From contig OZ316897.1 in assembly GCA_973895155.1 (NCBI GenBank), positions 8,827,832 through 8,891,831 of the forward strand: a stretch of 64,000 nt of DNA. Reading direction: 5' to 3'. The position numbers and the translations under genes are program-made. The notes below the pieces were generated by a model, which did no database searches, had not been told where the DNA came from, and saw only the letters and a program-made list of their open reading frames with translations. The stretch is from Marsupella aquatica. Lineage: Eukaryota > Plantae > Marchantiophyta. This document shows, one piece after another, positions 13,261-23,732 of this stretch (positions within the stretch are counted from its first letter, which is position 1; each line of letters opens with the position of its first letter).

Positions 13261-13647
13261 CAATCCTAACCATTCATATGTGGGAGTAGGCCACATTTCA
13301 CTTCACATGAATTTGGGGACATAATGCAATCCACATGAATTTGGGGACATAATGCAATCCTAACCATTCATATGTGGGAATAGGCCACATTTTGGTTCAC
13401 TATTTCCCATTCATCTTTGCCCCCATCTGTCTTTTCTGTTTGCACCATCGATTTTAGTTATGCCCTTATTAGAATCACTGTCTACAAGTATCCCTATCTT
13501 TTGTATGCACTCTCACTCTCAATTAAGTCCCTCGAGAGTCAGGCTCTAGAGACTTCACTGTAGACACTAGGCCCAAAGAATAGCTTTTGATTGAGATTAT
13601 ATATTTATAGATTAGATGTAAAATAGATTAGATGGATGGAATCTTAA

Positions 13648-13754
13648 TATACATTTGCAATCCAAAGAGGGAACCTATGGTCTAGAGTGAAGTATACATT
13701 TGCAATCCAAAGAGGGAACCTATGGTCTAGAGTGAAGTCTTCACTCTAGACCAT
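13648..13754. repeat. 45-bp tandem duplication ending in a perfect 33-bp palindrome
   Basis: tatacatttgcaatccaaagagggaacctatggtctagagtgaag x2, with atggtctagagtgaag-t-cttcactctagaccat at 13722-13754. Confidence 0.9.
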
Positions 13755-13995
13755 GACTCTGGGACATAACTGAAATTGAGAGGCAAGTGGAAAACAGGGA
13801 TTGGGGCCATCTATCTATGTATATAATCACAATCAAAAGCTACTTTTTAGGGCCTCTGGTTTGGAGTGAAAGTTGAGAGTGTGAGTGGAAAACAGGGATT
13901 GGAGGCATCTAACTATGTAATACCGATCCAAAGCTACTCTTCAGGGTCTATTGTCTAGAGTGAAGCTTTAATTTGGACTGTGTCTCTTGGGGCGT

Positions 13996-14108
13996 AACCG
14001 AAGTTGGGGTGCAAAAGAAAAATGAGGAAACCAAAGTTGGGGTGCAAAAGAAAAATGAGGAAACCAAAGTTGGGGTGCAAAAGAAAAATGAGGAAACCAA
14101 AGTTGGGG
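13996..14108. repeat. 33-bp minisatellite, ~3.4 copies
   Basis: Repeated aaccaaagttggggtgcaaaagaaaaatgagga. It explains the repetitive ORFs at 13948-14429. Confidence 0.9.
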
Positions 14109-14260
14109 GCGTGTAGGAATGAAACGCAGGAAGACCAAAGAGCAAAAGAAACCGAGGGTCCCCCAGATGAATCTCGAACCTTCGATAGAGTTGTCCTGAT
14201 GCTCCCAAAGAAGCTTGTCACGTTTGTTCAGCCGTTCCACAAGCTTACAAACACGAGCAT

Positions 14261-17200
14261 ACTCGTTTGTGTCGCAAAGCAAACATGAAGAAGAGGACTG
14301 CCATTTTATCGACGTCACTGAATAGTTTGTGGGCGGGTAGAGTGAGCCAAAAGAAAGCAGCTGAATGAGTGAACTCATGTCCACAAGAAACATGGAGGGT
14401 CTCAAATTACGTCCACGGTAGTGCTCCAAACGGCCTCCTTCTTTCTCTCAGGAAATGTGGGGTCTAGGACGAATTGGGAGAAGGATTGCCGATTTTCGGG
14501 CAGATTATACCGAACCGAAGATCTGAAGAAGCATACGGGATAGGATAGTAAAAGCTGTAGCATACCATGCGTTGAAGTTTCACAAATGCACTGCTCAAGC
14601 CTACAGAGCGTCTCATCTTTCTGAGGGAGACTTCAGAGCTCTCATTCCAATTCTGAGACTGAGCTGAGCGGAAGGGTATCAGCTGGGTTAGAGATGATTC
14701 AGGCCATGGCAACCGTGATTGCTACCCCGGTGATGCTGCTACGACAGGTACAGATGTGTTTCGTTGCCCAATTGCTTCCTGTTCTGACTTTTGAGATTCT
14801 GGGTCTCTGGAATCGTCTTCAGTATTGGCCTGGAGGATGGTGAGACGCGTGGCGGTCATGGGATCAGAGCGTTCATTCTTTTGTTTCCAATTTTGCGGTA
14901 GGGTAGTGCTGCTTTCTCTGCTGTTCCCCTTCTCTAGCTCATCTTGCGGTGGTGGACATCACAATTCGAATTTCCCTGCACATGGTCATCATTCCTTACC
15001 CGGCTATCAATGCCGAAGAATGATGCGTATACACTGTCCGGAGTCCCACTGAGGGATCCTAGCCCACGAGTTGTGGAGAGCTGCATTGCTGCAGCTGAAG
15101 GATTCCGCTTCAGACAAAATTGGACAAGATTTAAATTTTAATTGAAGAAGTTTCGTGCAATTGTAAGCAATTCAGGCAACAAAGGCTACTTCAATAGGTG
15201 TATCTCCGAACACCTTGCTTTGTTTCAAATATAGTTGAAGATTGTCATATACAAAGTACCAGCCTCGCAGATGACTGCCGGGTAGTCCGTTTGTGGATGA
15301 ATGCACCCCTAACCTTGAAGCATTGGAAGTTTCAGCTACGATCGAACGGTAGTCCTGATCTCCGTGGATGGGAATTTACATCAGAATCTCCCTTAATTCT
15401 GACCGCAATGAAGGTCTTTGAACAAATTGGTGAACAAATTGGTCGTATCCACCCGAGTCTCCGTTTGTAACCTTGTCTGGACTCATGACAAGAAGTGCTC
15501 TCGAAGATAGAGCTATTTTGGTGACGAATTTGTCGGATAAAGTCCTCGCAGAAATGTTTTTGCAAGCTTGCGTCAGGGCAAACGTTCTCAGTACCCTACT
15601 GTGACTTCTTGAAGTAAACAAATCTCAGCAGGGTTCGCTTTCAATTGCTGAATCATGACTGCTTCAAACTTTCAATAGATTGGTTCCAATCTGGAAGAAC
15701 GGAGTGTCATTTGAGTTTGACCTTCTTGCTCCTGGGTTTGATTGTAAACTCTACATGTTTGATGAAAAAGTCTCTGCTGACTGTGCCTTAATTTTAACAC
15801 TGGAGTTAATGAGGAACTCTCCGGCTGAGTCCTACTACTTGTGAGCTGTTTTGGCAATTCATCTCTGACTTTTCTATGCTCGCTGTTCGCTATCTGAGCA
15901 GGACAGGATGTTAGGTCTAAGATGGCGAAGTCTGGGAAACAAGATATCACACCATGGCCGTTTTGGTTATTCTCAAGTAGTCCGAACAAGAACAGCCTTG
16001 GCTGCCAGGGCGGTCTCCACCACACCAACTCGGCCCAGAACGGAGGGCCTTCCACCATTGGATCAAGGTAACAGATCAAGTTGTGCTGTGATTCGTTACT
16101 GTAGTTTGGAGTTTCACCATTTCAAATTTTAACTAGAAACAACATATTGCATAGCAACATTGTGTTGCACATACTTAATTTAAGCATTGCTGGAGTCTTT
16201 GCTACGTTTTCTTCGACGGCAACTTTATTTACGAGAGATTTGGCCGTCCTCTAAGCAGAGAGAATCTCCCAACTAAATGGGCTACTGGAAGAAATCCTGC
16301 GTACTGCCATAAGTACAGGGCCCAGAGGTGCTACTCGATTTGCTCAAGGTATCGAGGCCGTTTTGACAGTTGGGAGTGAATATCTCTCGCAGCAATTACA
16401 AGTAAATTTCTGCCCTTAGATGCAATTAAATTAAGCGTTTTGTGGAAGGTCTTGTTTTGTGTTATTTGCTCCATATTGTTGTCTGTTGCAACACCTTGTT
16501 TTGGTGTTGCAAACAAGGTGTTGCAACATCTTCGTCATACTGGAGGAAGAAATGTAGTATCGGGACTACTTGTTGATTCTGTTTTACAATTTGCTTTTGT
16601 CCTCGGGGCAGCCAATAGAGAACAAGCACTGAAAGGGGTTTTAGTTCTCTCAATTTGAAGAATGGTCTAGATATGGATTTCTGAGGTGCTTCGAGTCCAG
16701 CCAAGTGCATGTTGTCATTTCAAATCTTCATCGCTATTAAATCAAACATAAGTCACCGATACCTTTCTAAGTGGGCTGTCTGCGTCGAACTTTACCAGAT
16801 TGTACTCCATTAAATGAGTTTGATTGTTCCAAAGTGACATCATGGCCGCTGAGAGTCCCAATAGCTGACCTCGCTCATCGTGCAGGGAGCACAAATCTCC
16901 TTAAGTGCAAGGGCTCCTTTCACTTTGGACCCTCCTGGCCCTGCACAACTTCGCCGCCTATTTGAAAGACTGGGAGCTACCTATATCAAGCTGGGTCAGG
17001 TGAGGATACCCAACTATAGGACCAATGTGCATACTCCCTACAAGTATGAACAAACCCATGCAAAAGACAGGCTTTATACTGCTCATTTGGACTGAGTTGA
17101 CAGATGTGGTACCCTGCTTTGGTGGTTGACGTTTCTTGATGTTTGTGTCAGTTCATAGCATCTGCGCCCACATTATTTCCGGCCGACTATGTGAAGGAGT

Positions 17201-18504
17201 TCCAAAGCTGCCTCGACAAAACTCCACCTGTTCCTTTCGATAGGATTAAGGCTATCATTCGTGAGGACCTTGGTAGACCTCTGGAGGAGGTTTACGAATA
17301 CATTGATCCAGAACCTCTTGCATCAGCCTCTGTCGCACAGGTATGTTCTGCCGTCCATTCAATATTAAGATTCTGTTCTTAAAATTTGCAGAAGGTCCCA
17401 GAGTTTAAATTCATGTACCGTCGTACAGGTACATGCAGCAAAGCTGAAAGAAAGTCGAAAAGATGTAGTGATCAAAGTTCTCAAACCAGGTGTTGAGGAC
17501 ATATTGACAGTCGACCTCAACTTCATTTACATCACAGCACGTATATTGGAATTCCTGAACCCTCAACTCAGCCGCACGTCTCTGGTTAGTCTCTGTACTC
17601 TGGAGCTGATACCAATTTTTGGGCTCTGTTGAAAGTGATGCAATATAGCTACACATGACACTACGGTAACTGGCGTCTTACGAAAAGGACAGATTGATCA
17701 AGTCAGTGCTGATATGCATCAGCCATGAATTACGTCATCAGTATGAGCTCATGCATCAGCCATGAATTACGTCATCAGTATGAGCTCAGAAATTTCCTTT
17801 TGTTTTAACAGAAAAGCACAGGCAAGCCTTTGTTACCTATACCTTTGAGAGGTTCTTCGTGATTCCTGTTTCAGTAAGCATAAAATGTCTCAGCTGCACT
17901 GCAGGTAGGTATAGTGGGTGACTTAAGGGCATCAATGCTGGAAGAAGTGGACTTCAGAAAGGAAGCAGTGAGTATTGAGGCATTCCGAAACTATGTTGAG
18001 GCGACTGGGGCAAGCCGACAGGCAACTGCTCCATTTGTGTACAAACATTGTACCAGTCGTCGGGTGCTGACCATGGAGCGATTCTTTGGTGTTCCTCTGA
18101 CTGACTTGGAGTCAATTCGCTCCATAGTGCCAAATCCCGAGGCAACATTGATTAACGCCCTGAATGTTTGGTACCTGTCAATCCATGCGCTCCTTGATTG
18201 AGTTTGCTGTGCATGGCAATTATCAGTTGAATCAATAGCCTGTGGGTCTTTACCAGTGTACTAAATAGCACTCTAGAAGCTTTTGAACATTGACATTTTC
18301 GTCTGGCTGTTCTCTCCATTCCCTTTGATTACATTCCTCGTTACATTCCAGCGAAGCTACCGTCTAAGTGCAAATGTTGAGATATAGTCAAATGACAGAG
18401 ATATGGACAACACAGCTGTTTTCGGTGGAATTGGCAGGTTTGGCAGTTTGATCGCCTGTGAGAGCTTTCATGCGGATGTTCATGCTGGCAACTTGCTTGT
18501 GCTT
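14261..18504. repeat. Right arm of the inverted duplication (copy of the ABC1K9 upstream region through exon 8)
   Basis: Begins actcgtttgtgtc, the reverse complement of 12921-12933. Identity stops after ...aacttgcttgtgctt at 18504. Confidence 0.95.
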
Positions 18505-21122
18505 CACGAAGGAAGGAAGGAACCGGCATTTGTCCCTCTGGACAGACAAACGGATGGAAGGAAGGAAGGAACTATTGTTCCTGTAGAGCCCTCACTAGCC
18601 TCTCCTACAGGGCATCGATCCGGGTTCATGTATCGCCCCTTCGTCGATTTTGCAGTTGAGGAGTTGTCTAGACACCCTGATGTCTCACCAGTACTTTTAA
18701 AGGTCTCTCTTTGATGTTCTTTACTTAAAGAAATTATTAAGTTGTCGACTCCTGTTGGTCTTCTAGTCATCTCCGGTATAGTTCAGGCTGGGTGGGGTTT
18801 TCAAATTACGAAAGAAATGACAGAGATTGTTGATGGACTTGGTGTTTGAAAGAGAGTACTCTCCTTTAGTGGCACTTTTGGCTGGATTTTACATGGTGAC
18901 CCTAGCATGTAAGATTTTCTGCAAGATCAGAAGAATTTCATCTGGCTTCAGCTATACGGTTGTGAGCTTGGCCTCGGGATTTTTTATTCTTTCTGCATTT
19001 CTGCTCTGCAGGAGGAATTCAGGAATATGACTGCACAAGGTGTCAATGCTGCTAATATTGATAACAAGGCATTTACTTCATCAAAGATCCGGATGTTTAG
19101 GATCGCTTCAATTGACACCGGTCCTATGCAGGTTCTTTCCTCATCCACTTCCCTCGATGTCATAATTTTGTTATTCTGGTGGTCTTCATGGCCTGAATAG
19201 AATTTTTCCACAATGCATAAACTTCAGGAAGGCTCTTATTTGTGTGACTGGAGGATTAAGCCCTATAGGACCATCTGTTGGCTTTCCAATCACGGAAGCC
19301 TCCGAGAAGTATTTGTTTTTCTCTTTGTGGCGACCTTGCTCCGAGGGGTTGACGTTAAGTGAGACACAGGATTTCGCTGCTTGGACGTACCCTTTTTAGT
19401 TTGCGCACGGCCAAGTCATATCACATGATATCTGGAGGTTTTTAGCCACGGACAACTGACCTATTGATTTTAGAAGTAAGAGCCGTTCTTTTTTCTTTGC
19501 ATGCAGGTGCTCAATGTTGCTGGATTTCCAAGACCGGACTACGATCTTCCCATCTTCTGTGCTGATTTTTTCTCGGTACCGAAAATGAATATCATTGTTT
19601 TGTATGACACTAAACTTCTGCCAACCTACTGCACCCCTCTTCTCTTAAATGGTCCTTCTTGCCTCTATGCCTTGACATAGACTTAGATTTCTCTGGAGAT
19701 GTATTCTTCCAGAACTCATGTGCTGCAACTATTCTGGGTCATACAGGGACCTCAATCCACTTTACAACACAGACAGTGACAAGGGTTACAAGGAGCGGTT
19801 CTACTCTGACCTCTTACCTCTTGCCAACAAATACATAAAGGTAAGCGGTGCAAGGGAGTCATGGGCAGAATCGTGTATTCTTTTGAAGTTTTACTCAGCG
19901 TCCTTCACAAATTCTGGAGACTTCGGAGGTTTGCATGTTGCGTTGAAAGTTGCGTTGAAGCTGAGGTTCACAACATGCCAGCAGCCAGTGCTGATATTGG
20001 TGTGGTTGTTTGTGTACAAAATTTTCAACGAATGTTTTACATCATGTTGATCTTCGTTATTTTGCAGTTTTTCCCTTGGGGTGATAAGCTCACTCCCGAG
20101 TCACTGCGATTTTTCTCTCCTCTAGTTTTGTGGACTAAACCGCCAACAGATGACGTTGGCAAATTTTTATACCCTGCTTTCCAAGACTACCTTAAGGTAC
20201 GTGCTTCTTGAAAACTTGGTGGAAATAATTGCTTCATCCATCCTGACAAGTCAGATTCACTCTCGGAGAAGCATAGATCATCTTTCCTACAAGCCTCTCA
20301 TTAAATTTTTGCGCGTGCAGGCCTGGCTGAATATGGTCGACTCAGCTCAGCCGGCCGTTGATCCCGTAGCGATTGCCAAGAATCAAGAAGCCCAGCACCG
20401 TTATATTTCCTGGCGAACCACCAAGGTTAATGTTCTTTTCAGAATCGCAGGAGACAGTGGTTCTCAGAAATTGAACACGAGCGCTTACTGCTTTTGGACT
20501 GCCTTCCATATTATGCTGGTCTGAAATTTGTGGCAAGACACGATTGTGGGTGAAAACGGGCTAACGTGCAATTTGGTATACTTGTGGATTGGTTTAGGAT
20601 CCAGGGCGGCCAGTACTTACAAAGCTGTTTGGGGAGCAGTTGGCTGAGGTAAGCTTTGTTTAGCATGTTGTTCATTTTCAAGATAGTAAATCATGGAGGG
20701 ATGTTTTGTTAAATTCTTTAGCTCATGTGCAACTCTCGTAAATGCTACATATCGACTTCAGGTTGAGACATTTTTAAACTATGACAGAAATTACAAGGAG
20801 GGAGGTTTAATTTGTGATTTTTTCGTATGAGAAGCCCTTCAATCCTGAGTGATGTTAATCTGTACAGGATTTCAATCTTGATTAATTGAGACTCGCCCTC
20901 TCTTCCTGAGAATTAAATGATGCGAGTGCTGGGTCTGGTTGGGTTTTGCAGAGTTATATCAAGGAATTCCTGTTCAATGGCCACAGCACCTTGGGAACAA
21001 AATCCTTCCTGGATTACTTCCCTGAATATAGAGGTGAGGACGGGAGCATGTACAAACAACGGAGTATGACTGGCAAGTCATTTGAGGCAAGACCGTGGGA
21101 CAAAGATGGCAATTTTCTCTAA
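14706..21122 (+). CDS. Chimeric gene: ABC1K9 N-terminal part fused in frame to HY2; predicted 701 aa, 15 exons
   Basis: Exons 14706-14747, 15902-16067, 16259-16401, 16886-16999, 17152-17340, 17429-17584, 17905-18170, 18438-18702 (fusion exon), 19012-19131, 19507-19601, 19747-19840, 20068-20196, 20321-20425, 20598-20648 and 20952-21122. Total 2106 nt, all GT-AG, with no internal stop. Transcription as a single mRNA is inferred. Confidence 0.7.
18505..21122 (+). CDS. HY2: Phytochromobilin:ferredoxin oxidoreductase (ferredoxin-dependent bilin reductase) moiety, lacking its native start and transit peptide
   Basis: MYRPFVDFAVEEL...AFTSSKIRMFR...PDYDLPIFCADFF...IVLDLNPL...FPWGDKLTPESLRFFSPLVLWT...EAQHRYISWRTTKDPG...EFLFNG...GTKSFLDYFPEY...GKSFEARPWD. 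The C-terminal LDYFPEY/RPWD extension is typical of the HY2 lineage. Confidence 0.92.
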
Positions 21123-21882
21123 ACTAATATCAGTGTACCCGCATCAATGGTCATCTCAAGATTCAGAGAGAGTTCGTAGTGTCACCAGAAGTCTATTGCT
21201 AAGAGCTCCTTGGTCAGAGACTGTGGTACTAAGTTTTGTTAGCCTGTAGTTGATTAGGATGTACATACTGGAATATGAACAGAGGACGGCAATATCAGCA
21301 ATGTTCCTGGATTAGTAATGTAACTCATCTCTTATGCTGGTGAGAGCGGATGTACAGGTAGACATAGACCAGGTTGTATTCAGAGCTGGTTGAGATGGAG
21401 AACCCACATCGGTGGGAAGCAACATTTTTCATTTCTAGATAAATCTTCTCATGCGCTAGAGTGATTTCAATGTTTTGAAAGATGTAGGTTGTCTGTCTAA
21501 GAAGGCCCGATTTCTTTTGACTTTTTTGTCCTGTTGTTGACAGCTAATACATTTTTCTAGCCTTCCTCTAGTCATTGTTTCAGGACCGAACGAGAATGCA
21601 AGCGAGGGTACTGGTTGTATAGATCTGTCATATATGTGAATATCTTGTCACAACCTCTAAAGAAGGTATTCTTTGTCTCTGCTAATGATTATTTTGGAAG
21701 TGTTTTAATCAAAAAATTATTAGTGGAACGGTTTAGGGTCCACTGGTATTCAAACCCCCAAACTTAAGATTTTATAGGAAAGAATCACTACCGGCTTCCC
21801 CCACGTTATCAAAACATGTGTTGGAGCATGAACAAAACGAGGAAATGTTGGGAGCAGAGGTCTCCGGTTTGAGTTCGGTAAG

Positions 21883-22210
21883 CACAATTTATCATTTAAC
21901 ATTCACACATATCCATGTGGAGAACCAAAGAAACTATTTTAACAGTGGGAAAAAAGCCACCCGGAGAGAAGGAGTTTCACGGCCGAAAAAGATGTGCACA
22001 ATTTATCTTTCAACTCTCGCACAACCCAAGGATCAGGAAAAGAAATAAATTTATCATTTAACATTCACACAATTCATGTGGAGTACCAAAGAAACTATTT
22101 CACAGTGGGAAAGAAGCCATCAGGAGATAAGGAGTTTCAAGGCCGAAATAGATGTGCACAATTTATCTTTCAACCTTCGCACAACCCAAGGATCAGGAAA
22201 GAAATAAGTC
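21883..22210. repeat. ~160-bp diverged tandem duplication downstream of HY2
   Basis: aatttatcatttaacattcacac...ggatcaggaaa(a)gaaataa occurs twice here but once in the paralogous flank at ~53890-54050. Confidence 0.75.
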
Positions 22211-23732
22211 GCCGGGAAGGTCGAGCGGCCAGGCAAAACGAGTGTAGGTGCTTGGTAGAAAGCCGCAACAAGAGTGTGGGTGTGGGGTAGAAAGGCCCGA
22301 AGCTCACTACTCAGTTTGAAATTGTATAGTCCATAGAGTAGACACGAGCAACTACTAGTATAATTACAAAGGAGACTGAAAGAAGTTACAGAGTTTCATA
22401 TTTCATATGAGAACTCATGATTACTCTGGATTATCTGCAAGTTTGTAATGCACGGTTTAGCATTGGCCTGTGGGTCGTACTTTTGAATATGCTTTAGAAT
22501 GTTTAGAAGTTGAGGTGAGTAATTCAAGTAGTTGTCAATACCATCCAATATAATCACTTCCATCTTCGCGCTGGCCTGTGAGTTAAACTCGCCTGTGAGT
22601 TTTACTTTTGCAATTGCTTGATTAGTTGAGGGTTAGTGGGTGGTAATACCGTCCAACGCACTCACTTTCATCCTAGACATGACAATAGCATCAATGCAAG
22701 CATTTCAATTCCAAAGTCATAACAATAGTATCCAATGCAAACACTTCAATTCCACTGTTGCCAAAGCAGTCTTCGATGCACTTCCTCTGATGTGTAATTG
22801 CTTCACACCCTGAAAATTGCCTGCACAAACACTTGCAGGTGGCACACAGGTGATGCAATGATAAGCCCTTTAACGTGAGCTGACAGCGTGTTTAACAAAA
22901 TGTGTGGATAGCCACGAAAATAGCTGCAACTAAAAACTACAGGTACACAACCAACATTCCAGCTTGATGGAACTACCTACTTTAAGTTCCACTAAATCCA
23001 CCCGTAAAGGTTATAGAGGGCAGACAAAGTGAGCAAATTCGATTTACAGTGCAGACTAACTCCGATTCTCATATCCCTACATTTATGTACTGTGATCACA
23101 ATGCCAGAGTCCCGATCAACCAACTGTTATACAGAGCACACTTTCCAAGGTCACAATCCGACCATGGATCCTACTCACACTCTGGCTAATCAATCAATGA
23201 TTCAGTTCCCTTCCGTGCTGCTCGCGTCTTGCCTTTCGTCGTGTCGAAAACTCCATCTCCCAGCGTTGCGTTCGACGTCCCAAGCCCTCTTTAGACACTG
23301 TGCAAACTGCGCAAAGACCAGTCAGCATCATCGAGTTTTCACCATAGTTTCATCTCAAGCGAACCAGTAATCTAATATATGAAACAATTCACTCATGCTT
23401 AACGTCACAATGTATTCTACTTGATCCAATCAGGAAATGAGTGGTTGAGGTCCGATGGCCAAATTGTGAAAATGATAGATTTCATCTCATTTAACTTCGA
23501 AAGCAATATCCGGTTCAGGCGCATTAGTAATCTAGTGTAATACAGCTCACGCAAGGTGCAACGACGTAACAAGTTCAATCAGGAAAAGAGTAGTTGAGGT
23601 TAATCACGTTGTGCAAATGATATGCGGACATCGTTTCTTTCTTGAAACACAATATGTTGATCACATATTCACGTACCGGGGCACGCATAGTCGTCAGTCT
23701 GCTCCTCCCATTCAAGCTAATGTAGGATGCGC

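Noticed and set aside
13948-14429. ORFs with 11-aa repeats (PQLWFPHFSFA, KPKLGCKRKMR)
   Set aside because: Products of the 33-bp minisatellite, which is open in several frames.
8743-18504. Transposon with giant terminal inverted repeats, or a hairpin-RNA gene
   Set aside because: The arms are host-gene sequence with no transposase, and the two copies are transcribed divergently, so normal transcripts would not fold back.
18505-21122. RCCR, PebB or PUBS as alternative identities
   Set aside because: The FPWG.KLT.ES..FFSP motif and the C-terminal LDYFPEY...RPWD extension fit the HY2 lineage.
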